Source: Octopus sinensis (Eukaryota). Taken from it: DNA of 64,000 nucleotides. Positions 34,615 to 46,438 of this stretch are shown here, one piece after another. The notes beneath the pieces are model-generated. The model was given only the letters and a program-made list of their open reading frames with translations, ran no database searches and was not told the origin of the DNA. The stretch lies in assembly GCF_006345805.1 (NCBI RefSeq), contig NC_043012.1, positions 56,420,001 through 56,484,000 of the forward strand, in the 5' to 3' direction. The position numbers and the translations under genes are program-made. Positions within the stretch are counted from its first letter, which is position 1. Every line of letters begins with the position of its first letter.

Positions 34615-34941
34615 ATAATCCCACAAGTTTGGTCACATGTACAACAGAATATGCTGCATTTAAATTTACAGTATTTTTAATATTTCAGTCATTAATTCAA
34701 TTAAAATAAGTATAATACTGAATCTTCAGAGAAATATTAAAAAAACCCTCAAGACATTAACACTTATTTATCACTTCTAAATACCCGCTAAGTACTAACA
34801 TTTAATCTAAATTTCTAAAAGCCCCCTAAGCCGTGATATATTTATATTCGCCTCACATTTAAAATAAAAACAAACTCCTCGGGCTTTAATATTTAATCCT
34901 CCTTTCTAAAACCTCTCTAGACCTTGAGACTTATTTAACAG
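34615..34941. repeat. Copy 1 of a ~330-bp direct repeat (copy 2 at 35635-35973)
   Basis: Near-identical apart from scattered substitutions and a ~12-nt indel. Confidence 0.9.
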
Positions 34942-35634
34942 GAATTGAACTCAGAGTGGCAAGAGCCAGAACAAATGTCAGTCTGATACTCTAACAACTC
35001 CTCTAATTTGTCATAGAGTAAGACATATATATACATAAAATAAGCATTAACATATTTACAGGAAAATAACAACAGCAAAAATATAAATAAGAAAAACAAA
35101 AAATAAAGCAATAAGCTATCAGTAACATGTAGAATTTAAATATCTTTATAGACCATTTTAATATTGTTATTAAGATTAATAAATTTACATAATTTCTTGT
35201 ATGATCATGAATTGTCTTTTATTTTTATCATAATTTCTTATATAAAATGTTAAACAAAAAACTCAACTGAAAAAACATTTTAAAATAATAATGATAGAGA
35301 AAAAAAAATTTCATTTGTTTTGTCACATCTCACCCTTTACATTTAAAAAAAAAAGAAGACAGATGTCCTTTGATATATAAATATATATATATGCATAAAT
35401 GTGTGTGGGTATATATATGCATACACACACACATGCACATGCATATATATATATATATACACACACATACACATATGTATGCATATATAGACATATGTAT
35501 ATATATAAAAGTTCATATTTTTTTCAACATTGTTAATGTTTTTTTTTTTATTAATTTATAAACAGTTAATAAAAATGTCAACCATAAAAGCAACAGACAA
35601 AAGCATGTGCATTGTTATATGCACATGCATCACA

Positions 35635-36270
35635 TAATTTCACAGGTTTGGTCACATGCACAACAGAATGTGCTGCATTTAAATTTACGGTATTTTTAAT
35701 ATTTCCGTCTTTAATCAGATCATTAATTCAATCAAAATAAGTATAATACTGAATCTTCAGAGAAATATTTAAAAAAACCCTCAAGACATTAATACTTATT
35801 TATCATTTCTAAATACCCTCTAAGTACTAACATTTAATCTAAATTTCTAAAAGCCCCCTAAGCCCTGATAGATTTATATTCGCCTCACATTTAAAATAAA
35901 AACAAACTCCTCAAGCTTTAATACTTAATCCCCCTTTCTAAAACCTCTCTAGACCTTGAGACTTATTTAACAGTTCTAAAAACCCTTTAACCTCCCAGCA
36001 TTATTTCACATAAAAAAAAGGGAACCCAAAGATCTATTTCTCATTTCTAAAACCACTTTAGGTCCTTAAATCTTATCTAACACTTTTAAATGTCATCTAA
36101 GCACCTGCAATCACATTACATTTTAAAAAAAAACCTAAATCAGAAGATTTATTAAACATTAAAACAAATCCTGTATGGTGTAAGACTTATTTAAACTCTT
36201 CTAAATAACTTCTAGATTAAATTCACATTTAAAAAAATCCTTTTAAGCCCTAAGATTTAGTTCACCATTT
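35635..36270. repeat. G-poor modular degenerate repeat (includes copy 2 of the duplication)
   Basis: TTTCTAAAAnCCnCT(A/T)AG-like modules at 35767, 35806, 35844, 35935, 35974, 36044, 36199 and 36228. Confidence 0.7.
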
Positions 36271-36535
36271 TAGTTGTCATGAAATACTGTTTTATCATCA
36301 TGGTTTCAAAGCTATAAGGTTCCACAGTTTTCATCTATCCAATTTTATTGAAAAGGATTGGGTCAAATTGAGGCCACTGTAAAAGAAACTTGTCCAAAAT
36401 GCCATCCAGTGGGATCAAACCTGGGACCTCATGCTTGTGAAGGAAATTTCTTAATCACACAACTACGCATATGCCTCTATGTGTGTGTTTGTGTGTGTAT
36501 ACGTTGTGTGTGCATACCATGCATAAACAGATATA

Positions 36536-37202
36536 CTGTAAATCCTCGAGTATAATCCGCACTTTTTTCCCAAGATTTAAAAGTCAAAATCCCTTGTGCA
36601 TACTATATACGAGGTTAAAAATGAAAATTATTTTCTAAGCAATGTCCGAGTCTCTATTTGCTGTCCGGCAATGTTTATTCAGACGCATTTTGTGATGTCG
36701 GGTGTGAAAATACCTTAAGCTAAGCCTGAAAGCAATGAAGTCATAAAAGAATTATCCATAACATGCAGTAAGCAACATCTATTAAACGTTATTATTGTTA
36801 TTTCTTTATTTTCTGCAAACAAAATGCACAAAAAAGCTACATGTTTGCATTGTTATATATACAATAATAATAAAGGATGTTACCGTAGGGAGAGTTTACC
36901 AAAAAAAACAAAAGACGAAGACAAGTGGTGTACAAAACAAACAGATGTATTAGTATAACGCTCAGGAATAGAAAAAGTCTTTTATGTTTCGAGCCTGCGC
37001 TCTTCTACAGAAAGGGACACAGAAAAAAACAAGGAGAGAAAAAAAATAGTCTTACAAATCAAGGACGTTATATAGACCTCCTTGACTCAAGTTAGAGAAG
37101 GGGTGCGTATTATACACAAGGTTTAGGTTTTTCAGAGTTACAGCTCCCTAAAAATCCCCTGCGTATTATACTCAAGGGTGGACTATACTCGACGATTTAC
37201 GG
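36536..37202. mobile_element. Tc/pogo-like non-autonomous DNA transposon with an internal Penelope-like insert (about 36888-37051)
   Basis: TA|C(T/C)GTAAATCCTCGAGTATA...TATACTCGACGATTTACGG|TA. A second copy without the insert lies at 53772-54283. Confidence 0.85.
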
Positions 37203-37834
37203 TATGTATGCACAGACAGTTATGTACCTCATACATGCAAGTGAACAGAACACTTTATTTTATCGACTTTTCATTGCTTATATCATTGAGTTATAATTAC
37301 ACATGACACCAATTTACATCAAATCATAATCCACTCTCTTAAGAGACACATAAAATGATCCAATGAGGGAGCTGTTATGTGGTCACACAATCTGCTAGAA
37401 GCAACAGTCAAACTTTCCTCTGATCATATCAACATGTCATTTTAAAGAAGGAAAGACAATTTTTCTCAAACCAGACCATCTTGTCATTTTAATTAATGAA
37501 AGACATTACATGATGTATTCCAATATATACAATGCCTGCCAAAGTTTTCATTTTACTCTGTCAAACCTGACACATACCAGCACTACACTCTTCAAAAATC
37601 TACCGATTCATAATTTAGAGGCACTTAATTGTTCTTGCTGACTGGAGTTAATTATCAGTAAAAATTCTCTTAAATTATTGAATCAAAGTAAATATATTTG
37701 GTGCACCGATCAATATACACATCAGTAAACAAATTTCAATCATTCTGTGCCCTAAGGATATTTTCAATTTTATAAAAATTGCAAACTTATAGCAACCAAA
37801 TTGAAACAAAATTTTATCTAAAAACATGGTAGTC

Positions 37835-37867
<33 letters not shown>

Positions 37868-37897
37868 TATATATCCACACGTGTATGTATATATGTA

Positions 37898-37966
<69 letters not shown>

Positions 37967-38756
37967 TGAAATGTCTTAACTGAGGAAGATCGTGTATAAG
38001 AAATGATTTTCTTTTTATCTACTGTGTAATGATCCGAAACACTATCTTATAGACACACACACACACACATACGCACATATTTGTGTATATGGAAGAACAC
38101 CGATATATAATTCTATACATGTTTATGCATACAGATAGATATACACACATATGCATGCATACGTGCATACATAAACACAGACACATGTATAGCACATAAG
38201 TATATCTTTACAATCTCATTAATCCTTTTCCAGTGTTTGTATGAAATTTGCAAATTTAAACACTTGCATATTGTTAGAGTATTTCTTGCAGTCATATGTT
38301 CCTTAAATTGTAAACCACTCAAACAAAAGTCAGGAGTGGAAGCTGTTTATCAGCCAAACAGGCTCAGACATGTAGAGTTATCTGCCTTGTTCAGCAGTGT
38401 CTAACACAAATTGAGCTAATGACCACATTGCCAGTAGCTAGATGCTCTCAGCTACTGGAAGTATATCATAAATTAAAAGTCATTAATATAATAAAAACAA
38501 AAGGTAAAAAATAGAGATTAAAAATTAATTAATAATAATTAATAATAATCTTTTACTGGTTGTCGCCTGTGGGCTGTAATCATACTGAAGTACTGATTAA
38601 ATTTGAGTTTTCTTTAAAAAAAAACTAATTTTATTATGAATTTTACTGTTACAAAATATGAAAAAAGCAACAAGATTCAATTTTCTGACAAAAACAGAAA
38701 ACAAAGAAAAATGTTTTATACAAATATATATAATGTAAATATTGAAAAATATTGCA

Positions 38757-40110
38757 ATAATAATAATGATGGTTTCAAATTTTGGCACAAGGCCAGTAAT
38801 TTTGGAGGAAGGGGTAAGTCAACTCCATCAACCCCAGTACTTAACTGGTATTTATTTTATTGACCCCTGAAAGGATGAGAGGCAAAGTTGACCCAGGTGG
38901 AATTTGAACTCAGAATGTAAAGACAGATGAATTGCTGTTAAGCATTTTGCCCAGCACGGTAGCTATTCTGCCAGCTCAACAACCTTACCCAATAATAGGC
39001 TAAAAGGCAAAGTTGACCTAGGCAGAATTGAAACTCAGAACATCAAGATGTTTTACTTGTACGTTAATGATTCGGCCAGCTCATTGCCTTGATGATAACG
39101 ACATTATTTTGTTTTTATTTAAGCAAAAAGCCAGTAATTTTGAGGGGAGAAGATTGGTCAATACCATCAACTCTATGCTTGACTGGTATTAGAGTTCATC
39201 AATCCTCAATGAATGAAAGGTAAACTTGACCTCTAAAGGGTTTGAACTCAGAACATAAAAAAATTACAACCAAAGTATTGTAAGGCATTTTGTTCGCTGC
39301 TCTAACAATTCTGCCAATTCACAATAATAATAATAATGTTTTGAAATGTTGACACAAGGCCAGCAATTTTAGGGTAAAGGAGTAAGTCAATTACATTCAC
39401 CCCAGTACTCAACTGGTATTTTATTTTATCAACCATGAAAGGATGAAAGGCAAAGTCTACCTCGGTAGCATTTGAACTCAGAATGTAAAGCCAGAAGAAA
39501 TGCCATTAAGCATTTTGTCCAATGTGCTAATGACTCTCCAGCTCATCACAAAATAATAAAGATTTCTTTAATTGGCCACATGGGCCCACAGCACTGAAGA
39601 TGATATGAAAAGACAAAATAATTCTGAACATCCTTGTTAACCTTGAACACTTGTATGAATGCTCTCCAAGGTGTACATAATTCTTGTTCTCAGAAAGGAA
39701 ACTTTTGATATAATTTTTAAATCTTGATTAATTAAGATAATAATAATTCTTTCTAATTTTGGCACAAGGCCAACAACTGATAGTCATTTTATTGACCCTA
39801 GTGGCATATGATCTCAGAATGTAAAGAGCTGGAAGAAATACTACTAAGTGTTTTGTGTGGCGCAGTAATAATTTTGCCAGCTATAACAATAATAATAATT
39901 TCTAATGTAGGCTCTAGGCCCAAAATATAGGGAGTTGGAATAAGAGTCAGTACCATGAACTGCAGTATCTGAGTGATACTTACAACAAATCCAGAAAGAT
40001 GGAAAAAAGAAACAAAGTTATCATGGCAAGATTGTAACTCAGAATATGCAGAAAAATATCTAAATACTGAAAGGTAAGTTAGTCTTACAGCACTAATTTT
40101 ATCTTGGAAG
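38757..40110 (-). mobile_element. Head-to-tail chain of about 6 family B (B2 tail) SINEs
   Basis: Repeated TTTTGGCACAAGGCC...GGATGAAAGGCAAAGT...ATTTGAACTCAGAA units in one orientation, several separated by (AAT)n. Confidence 0.8.
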
Positions 40111-40296
40111 CAATAAAAAAAAAAAAATAATAATAATGAAAATTTTTCTTCTATTAGAATTGGCACGTTGCTATAAATTTTTTGGAAAGGTATAGGCTAT
40201 TAGTTTGACCCAAGAACTTTGACTAGTACTTATTGTACCTTAGGAGAATGACAGGTCAGACACTTGACCAATTCTGTCTTTTATAATGAATTAAAT

Positions 40297-40302
40297 TTTA
40301 TT
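40297..40302 (-). terminator. Candidate AATAAA poly(A) signal for the anoctamin gene
   Basis: TTTATT on the plus strand, about 650 nt past the stop in AT-rich sequence, just before a SINE chain. Other hexamers are possible. Confidence 0.25.
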
Positions 40303-40952
40303 ACTAGTCAAGAATGCTGATATTGTCTTTCTAAAAAAAAAAAACATACATTTTTATGTTTACATAATATTGCTATAAAAAAAAGAGCAACATGTTCTTA
40401 TGTTTACAAAACCAGAATTTTTGTTTGAAACAAGGTAAGAATATTTAAAACCAATTTGAAGAGAATGCATTATAAAATTTAAGTAGAAATGATTGTTTTG
40501 GATCAAAATAATAATTTTGTTTGTTTCAACATGAGATTCAATCTTTAGTTTCTTTCATTTTTTTGTATACTGATTAAAAATAAATGAGAATATAAAAATG
40601 ATAACAAAAACAAATGTCCAAAATAAATTTTACATTTGACAATTCTCACTGAAAAAGGTTGTTTTTTTTTTTAAATTAAAAAAATCATGATTAAATAAGA
40701 GAGAAAAAAACAATTTTTTGCTAAAGTTTCAGATGATACAAAACCTGAACATTATTATGAGCAAAGATCTTCTTGTGAAAAAAAAAAGGTAAAACACGGG
40801 GTGATAAAATAAAGAAAATGTTAAACAAAAACACAAAATAAATTGCACAATAAAATAATAAAAAATATAAACAAACAATAAGTTACAGATATTATAAAAA
40901 CATTTCAATATGTTGTACAACCATTTATGCCTTGCAGTAATACAATTATTAA

Positions 40953-41192
40953 TTAGGCAGTTTCGTCTGCAGTTGGGAAAAAATTTGGTTTACGCCTACT
41001 GACTCCTTCAGATGGCGGCTGATCTGGTTTGTAATTATTTACTGATCGTGCTTCTTCTCGTGCACGTTTCAGCTCTTCATTCATGATAATCTTCTGGGTA
41101 ATGTAAGCTTCTTGGCGAATGAGTTCTTTTGTTTTACTTGAAACATCAGGAATCAACCATGCAATTATACTTGTAAAAACGACGACGAAATT
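40953..41192 (-). CDS. Anoctamin terminal coding exon (79 aa + TAA)
   Basis: Encodes [40 protein letters not shown]...PTADETA*. Acceptor CTTCAG at 41193. Confidence 0.93.
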   Translation of the reverse strand, partial: NFVVVFTSIIAWLIPDVSSKTKELIRQEAYITQKIIMNEELKRAREEARSVNNYKPDQPPSEGVSRRKPNFFPTADETA

Positions 41193-44001
41193 CTGAAGAA
41201 AAGGGAAAAACAGAAACATGAAAATATCAGAAAACTCCCAATGAATAAAACTACAAAACTGGACATCATTTATTACTCATGGCTTTTCAGACAGGTATCC
41301 AATAGAATATTAATATTTTATAATAATAATAATAATAATGAAATTATTGTATACAGTGCTCAGGTGCATCACAACTTGTCAAAAGTGCATATAAAGCATA
41401 TGCAGTAATGTACAAATGTCTGGGAAGTGAACAGTGTATGAGTCAGATACATGCTTGCGTGTGTATGGAGGGGAGAAAATCAGGTGTAGTGTTGGCGAAT
41501 CTCAGGAAGCATGGAAGTTTTGAAGGATGAAGTGCTCTGACAACAAACAACTGATACCAGCAGTTTGTTCCATACTTCAGCAACTCTTAGCATGAAAAAA
41601 AGTTTCCGAAAGTCATGGGAGCTGTGCTGTTTTCTGACTTTGTAAACATGTCCATGGGTGTTATGCAGGTGGAGTTTGAAAAGGTGCTCAGAGTTATTGT
41701 TAGTAAGATGGTTAATAATTTTATGGGTTTCAATGTATCCATGCCCAGGGAAGTAAGGCGTTCAGAATATGACAAATGCCTGATGGAGGGTATTCTCTTG
41801 GTTGCACATCGCTGAACGGTTTCCAGACAATTAATATCCTGGGCAAGATAGGGCTTCCAGACCGGTGATGCAAATTCCAGGCGAGGCTGCACCATAGCTA
41901 TATAAAGCCTCAAATAGATAACTGGAGAGCGGCTCACAAAGGACTTGGTAAGTGATGCCAAGACACCCTCAGTCTTCTTGGTGTGGAATTTTTTAGCATC
42001 CAGAATTTTGTCAAGTGTAATGCTTATTTATTCACATCGTTTTGAATTAACCATGCATAACCTCATATCTTTCAGAGCTCAGTAATGTGATTGTTGCATC
42101 TTTAGAATGATATTGTAGAGTAGGTATTAAAGATCATATCTCACTGGTTTGAACATAAAACAGATAAAATGTTTGGGTCAGGTATGGCTGGTTTAAATGC
42201 TGAAGGACTAAGCACACCATATAACCCCTCATAACTAATTTTTATTTTTTGTAATTTTCAGAAAATTTTTGTGAATTTGTATTCTACACATGGGAATTCA
42301 TATGATTATACAACAAAAGAATTTGTGTAAGTTAAGCGAGATTTAGCTGTTATTTTTAACACATCTCACGACCACCTGATACCTTCCTTGTTTCCTCATC
42401 AATCTGATATGTTTTTCAAAATTTTTCTCCCCATAAACACATTTAATGAAATTATGATGCCTCTAATTAAAGGATAGAAGCAAAAAAATTTGGAGTGTCT
42501 GTATTTTAAATTCTGATGTTAAAAAAAAATCCAAGAATGGAAATTTTAGGACTTAGGTAAGGAGTGGGGCAAAAGAAATTAAAAGAAAACATGTTTTTGA
42601 ATAATTGTATGAATTCCCATGTGTACAACACAAATCCATAAAAATTTTCTGAAAATTCCCAAAAATAAAGAAAGTTAAGTGGAGTTATATGGGATACTTA
42701 AACCAGAAATTCCACCACTACTTTACATGGTAGCATTTTATAATAAGAAGGTAATATATAATAATATGTTTGATGGTAAATGATAATATTTTACAAACCT
42801 CAAAAACAACAACAAAAGCCATCCTTGCCGCAAAGATATGCCAGAATTTCTCAGAATATTCATATTTATTCTCAGCCCAAGGTGGATTTCGATAATCCCG
42901 GTAGCTGTGAAAAATAAACAGAACACTTGATAATAATCCTTTCTACTGAAATTTTGGGGGAGGAAACTAATCAATTACATCAACCCCTGTGTGTCACTGG
43001 TACTTAATTTATCAACCCCGAAAGGATGAAAGGCAAAGTCAACCTTGGCAGAATTTGAACTCAGAACATAGTGGCGAGTGAAACACCGCCAAGTATTTCA
43101 TTCAGCGTGCTGGTCAGTTGAGGGGAAAGAGATTATGTGATGCTCATGCTGGAGAAGACCTACACACTGGTGCAAGCATGGCAAAATAGTCATTAAGATG
43201 GCAGTGGTGAATGTTGGGATAATACATCCCTTCCACAGGTTCCCTCTACAGGGAGCCTGTGGAACGGGTAGACCCAGGAAGACAGGAGATGAGATGGTGA
43301 AACATGATCTTTGAATGTTAGGCCTCACAGTGACCAAGACCTTTGGTGATATGCCATGCTTGAGAAGACCTGTGAAGCCAAGTGAAATCCCAGATACGGC
43401 TGATGCCAGTGTCACATAACTGGTACCTGTGCTAATGTCATGTTAAAAGCACCCTTTAAACATGGGGCCTCATGGAGGAAATGATAAGTCACTGAGACCT
43501 TTGGCGATATGCCATACTCAAGAAGACCCCTCAAACCAGATGAAATCATAGTCGTGTCTGATGTTGGTGTCATGTAACTGGCACCCATGCCAGTGGCACG
43601 TAAAAGGCCCCATTACACTCTTGGAATGGTTGGCATTAAGAAGGGCATCCAGTCATAAAAACAATACGAAATGAGATTGGAATCTGGTATAGCCCTCCAG
43701 CTTATCAGTCTCAGTCAAACCACCTTACTCATGCCAGCATGGAAAACAGACGTTAAATGATGATACACACACACACACATATATATACAAAATAAATTTA
43801 TATAGTATCCTTATTAACCGAGTGTAGTTAATTTTAACTAACTTGAGTTTCATCAACATTCACTGTGGCTAGACAGCATTGACAACTGATAAAAGCAAAC
43901 ATGGTATCTGCTAGGATTATATATCCCTCAAAACCATTTTAGAAATATTATTTCATCATCATGTAATGCCCACTCTCCATGTAGGCATGGGTTAGTCTCT
44001 C

Positions 44002-44036
<35 letters not shown>

Positions 44037-46295
44037 CACACACACACATTATATATATATAAGGCATAGGTGTGGCTGAGTGGTAAGAAGCTTGTCTCCC
44101 ATCCACATGATTCTGGGTTCAGTCCCACCGCATGGCACACTGGGCAGGTGTCTTCTACTATAGCTTTGGGCCGGCCAAAGCCTTGTGAGTGGATTTGGCA
44201 GATGAAATATGAACGAAGCCTGTTGTATATATATATTTATATATATATATATATATCTTGTGCGGGTGGCACGTAAAAAGCACCCACTACACTCACGGAG
44301 TGGTTGGCGTTAGGAAGGGCATCCAGCCGTAGAAACACTGCCAGATCTGACTGGGCCTGATGAAGCCTTCCAGCTTCACAGACCCCAGTTGAACCGTCCA
44401 ACCCATGCTAGCATGGAGAACGGACGCTAAATGATGATGATGATACATATATGTGTGTGTGTGTGTGTATACATACATATATATATTTATGCTGGTGTGT
44501 CTTTGTATCTGTTTGTGCCCCCCCCCCATCTCTGCCACTACTTGACAACCAGTGTTGCTGAGTTCATGTCCCTGTAACTTAGTGGTTTGGCAAAAAGAGG
44601 CTAATAGAATAAGTACTAGATTTAAAAAGAAGTCCTGGGGGTCAATTTGTTTGACTAAAACCCTTCAAGGACGTGCTCCAGCATGGCCACAGTCAAACGA
44701 CTGAAACAAGTAAAAGATAAAAGATATATATATCTTGTCTATTATTTTCCCCTCTCCTTTACCCTGCCATTTATCACTCACTCTTTCTCTTTCAATCCTC
44801 TCCATCATTATCCTTCATAATTCTACCTCTTTTCCGTCATGATGCCTAAATAACAAGGGATAGCAATGGATCTGTTCATATTCAGTACTATCTACCATTA
44901 CCCTTTCTTACTGCTACCGCTCTCTCTCCCACATGTCACTCCTCACTGGCATCTACCACGTTCACATAACATCACCCTCTCTATTTCCATCTATCCAACA
45001 CTTTTTTTCTTTTACTATCACTCAGTTTTATTGCTATCTCATCACACAAGTTGAACTCATTTCCTATTCAACCTCCTTACCAACAACCAACACATAGCAT
45101 CACTGCCTAAGTTCCATTACTCCTTCCCCTACCAGTCTTGCTCCTTTCAACTTGTCCTTCTCATCTGCATCACAATCATACACACACTCTTCATTAACAC
45201 ACTTGGTTATCATCCTTTCTTCTATTCACCCACTTGAACAGAGACAGCATAAACTAAAAAATACTCTCAAGTCTTGCAGGGAATGATGTAACCTGTCTAG
45301 TATTAGTATCACAACAGAATGCACCCAGTGCTCTTTAAATGTATAGCATATGAACATAAACAATATATATAGTAGAAAGGACACTTTAGTCTTCCTGGGG
45401 AAATGATAACTTCTCTAATGCTGGTGCTATGATAAAATGTCCTAAGATTGCTTTATAAAATGATTGGTATAAGTAAGAGTATCCAGTTGAAGAAATAACA
45501 CTAAAAATGAAGTGTACATGCATGTGCACATGCATTGTTTCTTTATTCTTTTACTTGTTTCAGGCATTTGATTGCGCCCATGCTGGAGCACTGCGTTAAA
45601 GGGTTTTTAGTTGAAGAAATTGACCCCAGGACTTATTCTTTGTAAGCCTAGTACTTATTCTATTAGTCTCTTGTGTTGAACCACTAAATTATGGGGACAT
45701 AAACATACCAACATCGGTTGTCAAGCGATGGTGGGGGGACAAACACAGACATACACACAAAATATATACATATACATATATATATATATATGACAAGCTT
45801 TTTTTCAGTTTCTGTCTACCAGATCCAATCACAAAGCTTTGGCCGGCCTGAGGCTATAGTAGAAGACACCTGCCCAAGGTGCCATGCAGTGGGACAGAAC
45901 CCGGAACCATGTGGTTGGGAAGCAAGCTTCTTACCACACAGCCACATGCCTGTTTGTGTACACTAGTGTAAAAATGATGCAGCAAGTTGTATCAAAGGGC
46001 ATCTTTGTTTGATAAAGAGAGATGGGTGAAAGAATGAGGGAATAAAGAGAAACTTACCGACAAATCTCTACCAGTGTTTCGTTTGGCATACTGAGAGGAC
46101 GGTGATTCTGTTCAAAGTCACTGGTGTTGAAATAGGCCAGGGAATTCTCCACATAACCACTGAGGTTATCATCTAAACTGTAGCCAATTTTGTAAACTAA
46201 CTGAGGTATAAAATCTGATGTCACACATATGATGAATGCCTGGAAATGAAACAAAGATAAATAAATAAATAAAGAAAGAAAGAAATAAAGAAATA

Positions 46296-46334
<39 letters not shown>

Positions 46335-46381
46335 GAAGGAAGGAAGGAAGGAAGGAAGGAAGGAAGGAAGGAAGGAAGGAA

Positions 46382-46438
<57 letters not shown>

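Noticed and set aside
34615-36270. Mitochondrial insertion (NUMT), suggested by G-poor skew
   Set aside because: No mitochondrial ORF, rRNA or tRNA motif recognised in the frames I checked. Not fully excluded without BLAST.
44740-45250. G-poor CT/CA-rich tract
   Set aside because: Appears to be degenerate low-complexity sequence with no periodicity or ORF.
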